Below, in pieces: positions 39,323 to 49,647 of a stretch of 64,000 nucleotides of DNA. Each line of letters starts with the position of its first letter. Positions within the stretch are counted from its first letter, which is position 1. Source of the stretch: Armatimonadota bacterium (GTDB lineage Bacteria; Armatimonadota; UBA5829; DTLH01); assembly GCA_039679675.1 (NCBI GenBank), contig JBDKUN010000065.1, positions 32,001-96,000 on the forward strand, written 5' to 3'. The position numbers and the translations under genes were made by a program. The notes beneath the pieces are model-generated. The model saw nothing but the letters and a program-made list of their open reading frames with translations, had not been told where the DNA came from and searched no databases.

Positions 39323-40477
39323 TCATCCCAATATCCCAAGCACTCTGGCAACGATCTCGTCAAATGGAAGAGTCGCGAAATACACCAGTATCATGGGGAT
39401 AGCTGCCAGAAGCGCAATGACAATAACCGTCTTGTTGTCTGCGGCTACGATACGCATGTTCTGCACAATATCGAAGCTGTTTGCAAGGTCCGCCAGAGAC
39501 TGGATATCCGAGCTGCCCAGGACTGTTTCATCCTCAGGATGCAGTCCGCCGATCCATTTTTGATCGAACAACTTCGCATAATCCTCACCGAGGTCTCCAT
39601 ACTTCAGTATGCCGTTTGCCCTCAGCGCTACCAGCTTGCCGGTGAACACGAAAACCGGTGCGATTATGACCAGAACCGCGAGGGCTACATATACGGCCAT
39701 AATACCTGTAGCATTTGCAAGAACCAGCCCCCGGTAGGTTATGTGGTTCAACAGTGATGTGGAAATAACCGCGCCGCAGGCGAAACCTATCATGCCGAAC
39801 GGTATCTGGGCAAGCCCAAGGAAACCCAGCCCCCCCATCCTGTCCGGGTGGATCGGCACCAACTGTAAATCAAGCCTCGAAATCCTCCAGAGCAGGCCTG
39901 TCCATATCGCCAGCCTCCAAATCCACCTTATCAACAAGAATTGGAAGACCGGCAGGCTCACGAGGACGTAATACCAGCCTGCCGGAGTGATTTTGCCGCC
40001 TGCATAGTACCACGTATTCATCGAAGCCGGTAATATAATCTGTGAGCGGACCCCAATACTGGAGTAAATGAGCGCAAGGATGATGATTTCCGCTAAAACC
40101 GAGTTCTTTTGCGCTGTCGCATCTCGGACGGCGGAAGATAAAAGAGGCATATCCTCTTCGCGAGTGAGATCCGTCTTGATAAACTGCTCCAGCGCATCCC
40201 GCGTCCTCCTGCCTATCGGCATTTCCGCAATCACAAGGACCGGAATAGCAATCAAAATCCGGCCGTATACGCCGTAATCCCGAAAAAATGAGATGTCTAC
40301 GGCAGCCGGACCGTATATTGCCCATAGAATGAGCAGCGGAAACCAGGCAAGTATCATCAACATGAATGCGCGGACGGCTACACGGCCAGCCATCCCGGTA
40401 CGCCGTGACAGGGTGTGGAAAAGCCCGCCAGTGGACAGCGAGAACTCATTCAGTTCCTGTTGTTCCGGTGATTCCAT
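39323..40477 (-). CDS. Conserved multi-TM membrane protein
   Basis: HPDRMGGLGFLG and LGSSDIQSLADL motifs; probable start MESPEQ at 40477. Confidence 0.7.
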   Translation of the reverse strand: MESPEQQELNEFSLSTGGLFHTLSRRTGMAGRVAVRAFMLMILAWFPLLILWAIYGPAAVDISFFRDYGVYGRILIAIPVLVIAEMPIGRRTRDALEQFIKTDLTREEDMPLLSSAVRDATAQKNSVLAEIIILALIYSSIGVRSQIILPASMNTWYYAGGKITPAGWYYVLVSLPVFQFLLIRWIWRLAIWTGLLWRISRLDLQLVPIHPDRMGGLGFLGLAQIPFGMIGFACGAVISTSLLNHITYRGLVLANATGIMAVYVALAVLVIIAPVFVFTGKLVALRANGILKYGDLGEDYAKLFDQKWIGGLHPEDETVLGSSDIQSLADLANSFDIVQNMRIVAADNKTVIVIALLAAIPMILVYFATLPFDEIVARVLGILG

Positions 40478-40839
40478 CTGGTGGCGATCCTGTTCGTTAT
40501 TCCCCTGGCGAGAGCATAAGGAAGACCGATCAATAACAGGCCGACGATAATTGCCGGAATAAGACGCACTCGTTCGAAAATGAAATACTGCAGGATAAGA
40601 TCGATTATGACACCGATGATAAACGGTTTGAGGATATGCTGTAAGGTCAGCGCCCACAGCTCGCCACGGCGGTCAGGACGGAATATCAATCCAATAAAAT
40701 AAGGAGGCTCACCTGCTTTCGCATCTATCAATCCATCACGGACACCCAGCGCGATTGCAACGACAGGCTATATGATGAAACGGAGCCGTCCCGGCCCGCC
40801 AAGTCTTTTTGCCGCACCCTCAGCGATTTGAAGAAACAC
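40450..40839 (-). pseudogene. Small membrane protein with in-frame TAG
   Basis: AAAGGAG RBS, GTG 40839, VFLQ...RLGGPGRLRFII*PVVAIALGVRDG; TAG at 40768-40770. Confidence 0.7.
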
Positions 40840-40915
40840 CTTAGTCCGCTCCTTTCAGGCTTTGCTTACCCGCTGCCATATGCGGTGAAACTCATTACAG
40901 GAGCGTAAGTTCGGC

Positions 40916-40951
40916 TTGACATATATCGAATATTTGGCTAAAATACCAAAT
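40916..40951 (+). promoter_or_regulatory. Sigma70 promoter with probable ArsR operator
   Basis: TTGACA-17-TAAAAT; inverted repeat atttgg-8-ccaaat over the -10. Confidence 0.75.
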
Positions 40952-40967
40952 GTAGGGTGCAATTGAA

Positions 40968-41285
40968 ATGAAGAACAGAGAAAAATACAAAGCACGGGCG
41001 AAGATTATAAAGGCACTCGCTCACCCAAGCAGACTGATGATGATCGACTCACTTGCTGAAGGTGAAAAATGCGTCTGTGAGCTGCGTGATCTTGTCGGAT
41101 CGGACATCTCGACCGTCTCGAAGCATCTGACGCTGATGAAAGAAGCTGGGCTGGTAGAAGACAGGAAGGTGGGGCAGCAGGTGTATTACAAACTGCGCGT
41201 ACCCTGCATTATGAATTTCTTCAGTTGTATAGAAGCTGTAATGGAATCCAAAGCTAAAGAGCAAATATCCCTGGTCGGTAAATAG
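40968..41285 (+). CDS. arsR: ArsR/SmtB family repressor
   Basis: KALAHPSRL, CVCEL, TVSKHL, C-terminal CI..FF.C. Confidence 0.9.
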   Translation: MKNREKYKARAKIIKALAHPSRLMMIDSLAEGEKCVCELRDLVGSDISTVSKHLTLMKEAGLVEDRKVGQQVYYKLRVPCIMNFFSCIEAVMESKAKEQISLVGK

Positions 41286-41357
41286 AGTATATTTTTTGAG
41301 TTATATTTGGTTATATGGCAAAATCGCCAATAAAATAATATGTAAGGAGATAAGACT

Positions 41358-41594
41358 ATGAAAAAGAAGCTGCAGATTCTAGGCACAGGATGTCCCAAAT
41401 GCATGAAGCTGGCGGAACTCACCGAAGAAGCCGCTAAAGAGCTGGGCATCGAGTATGAAATCGAGAAAGTAAACGACATTAAAAAGATAATGGAGTTCGG
41501 TGTCATGATGACCCCTGCGCTGGCCGTCGATGGCGAAGTAAAAGTCGCCGGCAGGGTTCCGAACATCGAAGAGATAAAGAAGATGCTTGCATAA
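41358..41594 (+). CDS. Small redox-active disulfide protein (MTH895-like thioredoxin fold)
   Basis: ILGTGCPKC, GVMMTPALAVDG. Confidence 0.9.
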   Translation: MKKKLQILGTGCPKCMKLAELTEEAAKELGIEYEIEKVNDIKKIMEFGVMMTPALAVDGEVKVAGRVPNIEEIKKMLA

Positions 41595-41613
41595 GCGGTA
41601 TCTCGATACATAA

Positions 41614-42102
41614 ATGGAGTTAACCGGAATGAAAAACAATAACTGCTGCTCAGCATCGAGCACAACGACTGTCCTTGCCTGCTCAGGCGGCTCGAATGTC
41701 GGACAGATTGCTAATGAAGCCGCCAAACTGCTCGATACTGCCGGTGAGGCTAAATTCTTCTGTCTCGCCGGAGTTGGGGGACATATCAGCGGAATGATAG
41801 CATCGGTTGAAGGATGCAACAAGGTGCTGGTATTGGATGGTTGCCCGGTGGCTTGCGCCAAGAAAGCCATGGATGCGGCTAATATCAAAGGCTATACACA
41901 CATTACCGTCACCAATCTCGGCATTGAAAAGGTCCATGATTTTAAATTGTCCGATGAACAAATAAATCAAGTACTATCAGCATGCAGGGCTGAGATAAAC
42001 GGCTCATCGACACTTAAGGAGAATTCAAATGAAACAAAATTGGTGGAAACTTCTGGTGATAGTGGTTCTTGTCGTGGTGGTGGGTGTTGTTCTTGCGAAT
42101 AA
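41614..42102 (+). CDS. DGC-domain zinc-binding protein
   Basis: CSGGSNVGQ, CLAG, LDGCPVACAKK. Confidence 0.85.
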   Translation: MELTGMKNNNCCSASSTTTVLACSGGSNVGQIANEAAKLLDTAGEAKFFCLAGVGGHISGMIASVEGCNKVLVLDGCPVACAKKAMDAANIKGYTHITVTNLGIEKVHDFKLSDEQINQVLSACRAEINGSSTLKENSNETKLVETSGDSGSCRGGGCCSCE

Positions 42103-42442
42103 GGAAAAACCGAAAGCTGAAACAGCGGTCAAACCTGTTGCTGCAAAAGAACAACAGAAAAGCCTCCCCAAAATGATGGAGCTTGGCGCTGAGAAGTGTG
42201 TGCCGTGCAAGATGATGATGCCGATTGTCGAGGAGCTTCAGAAAGAATATAAAAACAAATTGGAAGTTGTGTTTATCGATGTCTTAAAAAACAGCGCTGC
42301 AATCGATAAATATGACATTAAGAGCATCCCAACACAGATATTTTTCGATAAGAGCGGCAAGGAATTCTTCCGCCATACTGGTTTCTTCTCTAAAAAAGAC
42401 GTGCTAAAGACCTTCGCGGAGCATGGTATCAAGCTCGACTAA
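42029..42442 (+). CDS. Exported thioredoxin
   Basis: N-terminal TM, CVPC, IPTQIF, RHTGF; AAGGAG RBS. Confidence 0.88.
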   Translation: MKQNWWKLLVIVVLVVVVGVVLANKEKPKAETAVKPVAAKEQQKSLPKMMELGAEKCVPCKMMMPIVEELQKEYKNKLEVVFIDVLKNSAAIDKYDIKSIPTQIFFDKSGKEFFRHTGFFSKKDVLKTFAEHGIKLD

Positions 42443-42466
42443 ACGAGGAACCGGGAGTCAAATAGT

Positions 42467-43162
42467 TTGGAACAGATTTGGATAACTCTTACCAAAGCGG
42501 TGGAAAGCTCAGCACTGATCGCGTTGAGCGCATCACTCGTGTGGGGAATCCTGAGTGTAGTGCTCAGTCCATGTCACCTGTCAAGCATTCCCCTTATCGT
42601 GGGATTCATCAGTGACCTGGGAAAGCTGTCTACACGCAAGGCTTTTTGGATCTCTTTGATGTTCGGCCTGGGGATTCTAATGACAATCGCACTGATCGGT
42701 GTGGCAACTGCCGCAATGGGACGGTTAATGGGAGATGTCGGGAGATACGGCAATTACGCTGTGTCCATAATTTTCTTTTTGGTCGGGCTGCACCTTCTGG
42801 ACATTATCCCGATGCCATTTTCAGGCCCAGCGGGCATCGGTATGAAGCGGCGCGGGATGCTTGCAGCCTTCATCCTTGGGCTCGTCTTTGGAGTTGCGCT
42901 CGGTCCCTGCACATTTGCTTATATGGCTCCGGTGCTTGCAGCGAGTTTCAAGGCGGCATCCACGAACCTTCTATATGGAATTCTGCTGCTGGCTTTTTAC
43001 GGTGTAGGGCATTCAGCAGTAATAGTGGCAGCGGGAACATCAACCGAAGCCGTGCAGCGCTATTTGAACTGGAACGAAAAATCGCACGGAGCGACTATTG
43101 TCAAGCGCATATGCGGCGCATTGGTAATTCTCGGCGGAGTTTATCTGATCTACAGAGCATAA
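42467..43162 (+). CDS. CcdA/DsbD-type transmembrane electron transporter
   Basis: LSPCHL and GPCT Cys pair, 6 TM. Confidence 0.85.
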   Translation: MEQIWITLTKAVESSALIALSASLVWGILSVVLSPCHLSSIPLIVGFISDLGKLSTRKAFWISLMFGLGILMTIALIGVATAAMGRLMGDVGRYGNYAVSIIFFLVGLHLLDIIPMPFSGPAGIGMKRRGMLAAFILGLVFGVALGPCTFAYMAPVLAASFKAASTNLLYGILLLAFYGVGHSAVIVAAGTSTEAVQRYLNWNEKSHGATIVKRICGALVILGGVYLIYRA

Positions 43163-43188
43163 TAATACGATAACAGGAGGAAGCTGCT

Positions 43189-44250
43189 GTGGCAGCAACA
43201 AATCGAGACCATAAAACTATAAATACGGCCAAATTACGCAGCCTCCAGCTTTTAAGGTTTGCAGTATTCGCGGCTGCCTGGTATGGAATCTATTGTTTTC
43301 TGCAGCCCGCTGCAGACTGGCTTACATATTCCCTCTTCGGATTCTCGAAGTTCAATCACATCGGAATGGCCGTGAACTTCTTCATCTTTGAGACTCCCAA
43401 AGTCCTGATGCTTCTGGTCCTGGTAGTATTCGGGATCGGCATCATCCGGTCTTATTTCACGCCCGAACGCACCAGGCAGATACTCGCGGGAAAAAGGGAA
43501 TCCGTGGGTAATGTGATGGCCGCAATGCTCGGCATCGTGACGCCGTTTTGCTCATGTTCGGCCGTACCGCTTTTCATAGGGTTTGTACAGGCAGGGGTGC
43601 CGCTTGGAGTTACGCTTTCGTTTCTCATAGCTGCGCCCATGATAAACGAGGTTGCCGTTGTCCTCCTGTTCGGCATGTTCGGCTGGAAAGTTGCAGCCGT
43701 TTATGTCACAACAGGGCTGTTTATTGCGATTTTCGCAGGCTGGATAATCGGAAGGCTCAAGCTGGAAAGGTTCGTCGAAGACTGGGTCTACGAGATGCAG
43801 ATGAGTCAGAGCAATCTTGAGACACAGAATATAGCCTGGGCGGAACGTGTCGATGCGGGAAAGACCGCTGTGCGGGAGATCGTCGGCAAGGTCTGGCCAT
43901 ATGTCATCGCGGGGATCGCAGTCGGCGCGGGAATCCATGGCTATGTGCCGGAAGGACTGCTGGCATCGTTTATGGGTAAGAGCGCGTGGTGGAGTGTTCC
44001 GCTTGCAGTCATCCTGGGTGTCCCCATGTACTCGAACGCTGCAGGTATCATACCGGTTGTGAGCGCGCTCATCGAAAAAGGCGCGGCACTTGGAACAGTC
44101 CTGGCATTTATGATGTCCGTTATTGGGCTGTCGCTGCCGGAGATGATAATACTTCGCAAAGTGCTGAAGATCAGGCTAATCGCAGTGTTCGTCGGTGTCG
44201 TCGCTGCGGGTATCCTCGTAGTCGGATACCTGTTCAACCTCATATTCTGA
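43189..44250 (+). CDS. ArsP/DUF318 family permease
   Basis: TPFCSCSAVP, APMINE, GAGIHG, GVPMY, LSLPE. Confidence 0.88.
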   Translation: MAATNRDHKTINTAKLRSLQLLRFAVFAAAWYGIYCFLQPAADWLTYSLFGFSKFNHIGMAVNFFIFETPKVLMLLVLVVFGIGIIRSYFTPERTRQILAGKRESVGNVMAAMLGIVTPFCSCSAVPLFIGFVQAGVPLGVTLSFLIAAPMINEVAVVLLFGMFGWKVAAVYVTTGLFIAIFAGWIIGRLKLERFVEDWVYEMQMSQSNLETQNIAWAERVDAGKTAVREIVGKVWPYVIAGIAVGAGIHGYVPEGLLASFMGKSAWWSVPLAVILGVPMYSNAAGIIPVVSALIEKGAALGTVLAFMMSVIGLSLPEMIILRKVLKIRLIAVFVGVVAAGILVVGYLFNLIF

Positions 44251-44262
44251 TGCGTCAACACC

Positions 44263-45366
44263 TCACCCCAGCCGTTTTTGGAACCTCGCGGCGGCAATAG
44301 TGAGAATCACTACACCGAGGCCGATGAGGATGAAGACCTGCTGCCAAAGTTCGCTCCAACCTGCTCCCCGTATGATAATCCCGCGCAGTATCTCAAGAAA
44401 ATAAGTGACTGGAATTATAGTCGTAATTGGGTAGATGAGAGCTGGCATGCTCTCGCGTGGAAAAACGAACCCCGACAATAAGACCGAGGGCATAATAATA
44501 AGAAACGACGCTTGGAAAGCTTGCACCTGGCTTTGCGCAAATGTGGAGATGAGCAGACCGAGCCCCAGCCCGGAAAAGAGAAAGACCGGCGCAACCGCTG
44601 CAAGAAGAAGTATGCTTCCGTGGATCGGGACGGCGAAAACAGTCCACATGAAGAGAAGAACGATAGCGATTTCCAAGAGCCCTAACACCGCGTACGGCAC
44701 GAGCTTACCTATCATAAGCCCAAATCGCCCTACTGGAGTTACCAGAAGCTGCTCTAGCGTCCCATTCTCTTTCTCGCGGACAATGGACAGTGCCGTAAGC
44801 ATCATAAGAACAATCTGCATTATGATCCCGACCAGTCCCGGCACGAAGAAGTTCGCACTCCGCATATCTGGGTTGAAAAGGACCCTCGGCCGAACGTCGA
44901 TCAATGGAGCAGCAGTTCGCCCTACTATCTCGCTGGAAAACTGTAGTCCAAGCGATAAGGCCGCGCTCTGAGCTCTCGATGCCACCTGTGAGTCGGAACC
45001 GTCTATCAGCACCAAAACCTGCGAGCCTGTCCCCCTGGCTACTTTTTCACTGAAGTCGGGAGGGATTTTAATCCCTACATGCGCGCGCCCGCTGACAATC
45101 TCATCCCGAAGCGCCTGATCTGAGCCCACATAATCTACCACATCAAAGTATTGGGTCGCAGTAAACCTGTCTATGAGATCGCGGCTCGCAGTCCTCTGGT
45201 CTTGGTTCAAGACAGCGGTCGGAATGTGCTTCACGTCCGTATCCAGCGCATAACCGAAGATAATGAGCTGAATTAAAGGAATGAAAAGTGCAAAAACGAT
45301 GGTGCTCGGCTCGCGCAGAACGTGGATGAACTCCTTGGCGGCGATGGCTCTCAACCCTCTAAACAT
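44263..45366 (-). CDS. ABC-2 transporter permease (YbhR/S-like)
   Basis: KEF...RE, FNP, IVREKENGTLEQLLVTP, LSGFVFPRESMP. Confidence 0.9.
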   Translation of the reverse strand: MFRGLRAIAAKEFIHVLREPSTIVFALFIPLIQLIIFGYALDTDVKHIPTAVLNQDQRTASRDLIDRFTATQYFDVVDYVGSDQALRDEIVSGRAHVGIKIPPDFSEKVARGTGSQVLVLIDGSDSQVASRAQSAALSLGLQFSSEIVGRTAAPLIDVRPRVLFNPDMRSANFFVPGLVGIIMQIVLMMLTALSIVREKENGTLEQLLVTPVGRFGLMIGKLVPYAVLGLLEIAIVLLFMWTVFAVPIHGSILLLAAVAPVFLFSGLGLGLLISTFAQSQVQAFQASFLIIMPSVLLSGFVFPRESMPALIYPITTIIPVTYFLEILRGIIIRGAGWSELWQQVFILIGLGVVILTIAAARFQKRLG

Positions 45367-46324
45367 TGTCTCCGCCTCCCAACTGTTCCGTTATGGAAAC
45401 GAAGACATCCTCCAGCGTAGCTGACATACCGTTTATCCGGCTTACATTGATTCCTTTCTCGCTCAAAGCTTGAACAACTGATGAGGGCTCCAGCGTTCGG
45501 TCAACAAGGAGATGAATCGCCTCACCAAAGAAGGTCGATGACCTGACACCACGTAAATTTCTCGCTACCTGAAGCGCCTTGGTCGGATTGTCGCTGACAA
45601 TTTCGATTCTTTTGGTGTCTGGCGGCGTGACACCCGGAAGAAGCTTCAGCTCAGAGGGCTTCCCTAGTGCAATCAGCCTGGAGAGATAAATATACCCGAC
45701 ATCAGTACAGCGTTCGGCCTCGTCCATATAGTGAGTGGTCACAAAAAGCGTGTGACCACTGGCTGATAGTTTAAAAAGCAGGTCCCAGAGCCGCCTTCTC
45801 GCTACCGGATCGATTCCAGCCGTCGGCTCGTCGAGAAAAAGTATTCCGGGTTCGTGGATCATGGAGCATGCGAGAGCAAGCCGCTGCCTCCAGCCGCCTG
45901 AAAGCATCCCCGCGCGCTGTGACATTCGGCTCGTTATGCCGACAACTTCCATAACTTCAGTTTTCCGCCTCTGAAGCCGTTCCCGGTTGAGTCCATATAT
46001 AGAGCCGTAAAAACTGAGGTTTTCGTCCACAGTCAGATCGCGGTACAAGCTGAACTGCTGGGACATATAGCCGATTCGGGGCTTCACACGGTCGGGGTAA
46101 CTTACAACATCGATGCCGTCCAGTGTTGCGGTGCCGGATGTAGGAGCCAGAAGCCCGCAGAGCATGCGGATTACGGTCGATTTGCCGCTGCCATTGGGGC
46201 CAAGAAAGCCGAAAATGGCTCCGCGCGAGACCTGGAAGCTCACATCCTTAACGGCTGTCAGGTCGCCGAACTTTCTGGTCAGATTGCTGCAGACGATGGC
46301 TGCATCCGGCTGTAAATTGTTCAC
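45359..46324 (-). CDS. ABC transporter ATP-binding protein
   Basis: GPNGSGKS, LSGG, LDEPTAG, TTH. Confidence 0.95.
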   Translation of the reverse strand: MNNLQPDAAIVCSNLTRKFGDLTAVKDVSFQVSRGAIFGFLGPNGSGKSTVIRMLCGLLAPTSGTATLDGIDVVSYPDRVKPRIGYMSQQFSLYRDLTVDENLSFYGSIYGLNRERLQRRKTEVMEVVGITSRMSQRAGMLSGGWRQRLALACSMIHEPGILFLDEPTAGIDPVARRRLWDLLFKLSASGHTLFVTTHYMDEAERCTDVGYIYLSRLIALGKPSELKLLPGVTPPDTKRIEIVSDNPTKALQVARNLRGVRSSTFFGEAIHLLVDRTLEPSSVVQALSEKGINVSRINGMSATLEDVFVSITEQLGGGDNV

Positions 46325-47619
46325 TTCAGGCGCACATCCGCCGACATTCCGGCGCGAATCTTGAGTTTTGGATTAGGGATTCGGACTTTTACTGCATATA
46401 CCTGCAGCGAGCGCTCCTCTTTTGTCTGCACGTTTCTTGGAGTAAACTCAGCTTCAACAGGAATCTGCTCGACAATGCCGGTTGTTCTGATTCCCGAATC
46501 GGTGACAACAGGCAACTTGCTTCCTACCTGGAGATTCCCAAGCTTCCCGCCGGGAATGTATACCTTAACGTAGATGTCGTGCGGGTCAACGATGGTTGCA
46601 ACAGTCTGACCTGGCTGAATTATGTCCCCTGCCTGCACATTGAGGATCTGAATCTGTCCGGCTCTCGGAGCAAATACTGCCCGCTCCCGAACATTGGCCC
46701 TAACCTGCTCGACCGTCGCCTGGGCTTGCCGGAGGGCTGCTCTTGCCTGCGCGATCTGTTCAGGACGCGTCCCCGCCTGAAACTCCTCTAGCGTGGCCTT
46801 CGCCTGGGCTACTCCTTCCTCGGCAGACCTTATATCCTCGGGCCGGGGGCCCTTCCTTACAAGTTGATAATTGGCGCTTGCCTGGTTGTACGCCTGCCTG
46901 GCTGCACGTATCTCTTCGGAACGTGTTCCTGCCAAAAGCTCGTTCAACTGCTCTTGTGCAGAACGCTCCTCTGCCTGTGCCGTTTCCAGCCTTGTGCGCG
47001 CTTCATCCAGAGTCTGGGCGGCAATAGCTCCCTGATCATACAGCTTTTGCGTTCTCTCAAGCGACCGCTCGGCCAATACGCGGGCTGCAACAGCGGCGTT
47101 ATAATTGGCACGCGCGCGGTTTATCTCCTGCGGCCTGGGTCCTGCCTGAGCCTCCGCGAGCTTGTCTCTCGCCTGCTCCATAGCAGCTCTCGCTGCCGCG
47201 ATCTCCTCTGGGCGGCTCCCGCGCTGAAGTTTTTCAAGTTGGCTCTCTGCCTGTCTTAGCGCGGCTCTCGCACGCTGGATTTCTTCTGGCCGTGGACCTG
47301 CCAGAAGGTCATTCAAGTGCGCTGCAGCCTGCTGACGGGTAGCTGCGGCAGCTTGAAGACTCTTTTCCAACTGTTCTGACTCGAAAGTAACAATCCGGTC
47401 GCCTTTACGAACGGTGTCGCCTTCTCTAGCAAGCGTTTTTGAGACCCTGCCGCCCACTGTGGAGCCGACAAGCGACTCCTCTGCCTCGATTGTGCCGGTG
47501 TAAACATCCTCGGACGATTTCTGCTTGTTGTACTGCCACACGAAAAGGAGGACAATAATCACAAGAACGATTACCGGTATCAAAAACCTCAGTTTGCGTG
47601 CAGTAAACTTAGCGCTCAA
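46321..47619 (-). CDS. HlyD-family membrane fusion protein with expanded alpha-helical repeats
   Basis: N-terminal TM, lipoyl halves, about six GxRxE(Q)I..A repeats, AEFTPRNVQT. Confidence 0.9.
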   Translation of the reverse strand: MSAKFTARKLRFLIPVIVLVIIVLLFVWQYNKQKSSEDVYTGTIEAEESLVGSTVGGRVSKTLAREGDTVRKGDRIVTFESEQLEKSLQAAAATRQQAAAHLNDLLAGPRPEEIQRARAALRQAESQLEKLQRGSRPEEIAAARAAMEQARDKLAEAQAGPRPQEINRARANYNAAVAARVLAERSLERTQKLYDQGAIAAQTLDEARTRLETAQAEERSAQEQLNELLAGTRSEEIRAARQAYNQASANYQLVRKGPRPEDIRSAEEGVAQAKATLEEFQAGTRPEQIAQARAALRQAQATVEQVRANVRERAVFAPRAGQIQILNVQAGDIIQPGQTVATIVDPHDIYVKVYIPGGKLGNLQVGSKLPVVTDSGIRTTGIVEQIPVEAEFTPRNVQTKEERSLQVYAVKVRIPNPKLKIRAGMSADVRLK

Positions 47620-47726
47620 TGCTTACTTACTTTCCGGCCAGAGTTTTCGCCATATTTAGTAGTATTCAGGTTTAATAATCTTAAGTGTAACAACCTGCCG
47701 TGTCAATATAAACTCATATTTTGGGC

Positions 47727-47757
47727 TTGACATTATTATGAGCATATGCCCATAATA
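47727..47757 (+). promoter_or_regulatory. Promoter with 24-bp palindromic operator
   Basis: TTGACA-18-CATAAT; tattatgagcatatgcccataata (one mismatch). Confidence 0.75.
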
Positions 47758-47775
47758 GCATGGAGGTCGACAGTA

Positions 47776-48495
47776 ATGGCAAGACGAGCAAACTGCAGGC
47801 GAGTGTGTTGTATGCCCGGAGCACGCTACTTCAAACCGCGCGGGATACCCCTTTCAGAGCTGGAAGAGGTTGTCCTGACAGTGGACGAACTGGAGGCCGT
47901 CCGGCTCGCTGATCTCATGCAGCTTTACCAGTCCCAGGCTGCCGAAAAGATGAATGTATCCAGGCAGACTTTTGGACGGATTATCGAATCGGCGCATCGC
48001 AAGATAGCACAGGCGCTAGTAGATGGTAAAGCGCTGAGGATCGAAGGCGGTGAGTTCGAACTGTCAGACCAACAGATCACCAGGAGGAAACAAATGAAAA
48101 TCGCAGTAGCATCGATGGATGGCACCACCATATCAGGCCATTTCGGACGCAGCTCATGTTTTATAATCTTCGAAACCGATGGCAAGGGAATAACGGGGAA
48201 GGAAATCAGGCAAAACACCTTCACTGCCCATGCACAAGGTGAATGTACGGGAGAGGAAAGGCACGAACACACCCATGAGCATGCTCATCACAGCCATTCC
48301 GCAATAGTAGAAGCACTGCATGATTGTGACGCAGTCCTGTGTTACGGCATGGGCTGGCGGGCTGCCCAGGATCTGGCAGCAAACGGCATAAAGGCCTATG
48401 TACTCGAATCGGAGAGTACGCCGGATGAAGCAGTGATGCAGTTCCTATCCGGCAGCTTGAAGGCAGCAGGCAGCTTCTGCAGATGTCATGAGTGA
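47776..48495 (+). CDS. DUF134 HTH domain fused to NifB/NifX-family domain
   Basis: [29 protein letters not shown]; then MKIAV..ISGHFGR, His-rich linker, GMG. Confidence 0.85.
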   Translation: MARRANCRRVCCMPGARYFKPRGIPLSELEEVVLTVDELEAVRLADLMQLYQSQAAEKMNVSRQTFGRIIESAHRKIAQALVDGKALRIEGGEFELSDQQITRRKQMKIAVASMDGTTISGHFGRSSCFIIFETDGKGITGKEIRQNTFTAHAQGECTGEERHEHTHEHAHHSHSAIVEALHDCDAVLCYGMGWRAAQDLAANGIKAYVLESESTPDEAVMQFLSGSLKAAGSFCRCHE

Positions 48496-48566
48496 CATCC
48501 CCGGCAGGAATTAGCAGTCAGCTCCCTTTTTTACCGGAACACTAACCCGATTATGGCTGAACCGGG

Positions 48567-48776
48567 TTAGTGAGACATTCGATTATGCCTGGGCTCTTTA
48601 TGAAAATCATCCATCTCGGAGATCATCTGCTGGAAATTATCCGTGGTTTTGTCGGACTTTTTGCGTCTCTTTTTGAGTGAGCAAAAATCCTCACATCCGC
48701 TGCACCGGCAACTGTTTCCTGTAAGGTCGCACCACTCGACTGCGCCCGCAGACCACCAATAATCACATTGAGACAA
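48567..48776 (-). CDS. Small Cys-rich protein (69 aa)
   Basis: AGGAGG RBS before TTG 48776; six Cys followed by KKRRKK. Confidence 0.55.
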   Translation of the reverse strand: MSQCDYWWSAGAVEWCDLTGNSCRCSGCEDFCSLKKRRKKSDKTTDNFQQMISEMDDFHKEPRHNRMSH

Positions 48777-49128
48777 CTTGGACTGTCCTCCTAACAAGCT
48801 TTCTTGTACGCTATTATCGGCAGGAAAATCGCATAGTTGGAGGTAGTAAAAATTCTACGGAACTAATAGAAATAATATGCGTCATAGATACTGATGCCGA
48901 GCCGCCGGGTCAGTTATCTGAAGAATGACCTTGCCCGTTTCCATCCGATACAGCTTGACCCGGCGGTCCGGCAGAAGCGGAAAACCTCTTCACCCACCCC
49001 ACCCCATCACCGGGAACTATGTGATGCACAATTCGGTCAATTGATGGAAGATGGAAGATGCCATAAATTGACATCATTAGGGTCTCGTATTTATACTTTA
49101 TGCTATTGATCTCAACCAAAACCGAACA

Positions 49129-49647
49129 ATGGAGATAGAAATGGCGGAGAACATCACTCTCAAGTTCAGATACACCGAACAAGACTACATTGCAGCCATG
49201 CGGCTGTGGTATATTCGCGTTAAAAAGCTGCGCGTGAAGCTGGACGGCATAATAGCTCTTATTCTTGCAGTTTTTGGTGCAATTGCGTGGCATATGTTCG
49301 GGTATTCGATTGAGTTTCTGACGATTATCATTGTGGGCTGTGTGTTTCTTCTGTTAATCTTTATGGCAATGGTTGTCATCCCGCGCATAACCTTCCGCAG
49401 CCAGCCCAAATTCCGAGACGAATATCAGCTCAGGTTTACTGAAGACGGCATCGAGTTCAAGACTCAAAGCATAGACTCGAAACTCGAATGGAACCTCTAC
49501 AATCAACTCGTTGAAGATGACAAGACTTATCTCCTGATCTACGGCAAATCAATGTTTTCCGCTATTCCCAAGCGTGTTTTTGCAAATGAAGCTGAGGAAA
49601 TGAAATTCAAGGAACTTGTTAAGCGTAAAATAGCAACCTGTTGCTGA
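49129..49647 (+). CDS. YcxB-like membrane protein
   Basis: Two TM, then F.EDGI...W...IPKR.F. Confidence 0.75.
   Translation: MEIEMAENITLKFRYTEQDYIAAMRLWYIRVKKLRVKLDGIIALILAVFGAIAWHMFGYSIEFLTIIIVGCVFLLLIFMAMVVIPRITFRSQPKFRDEYQLRFTEDGIEFKTQSIDSKLEWNLYNQLVEDDKTYLLIYGKSMFSAIPKRVFANEAEEMKFKELVKRKIATCC

Noticed and set aside
40768..40770. Pyrrolysine or stop-codon reassignment
   Set aside because: TAG ends many genes in this window and no pyl machinery is visible
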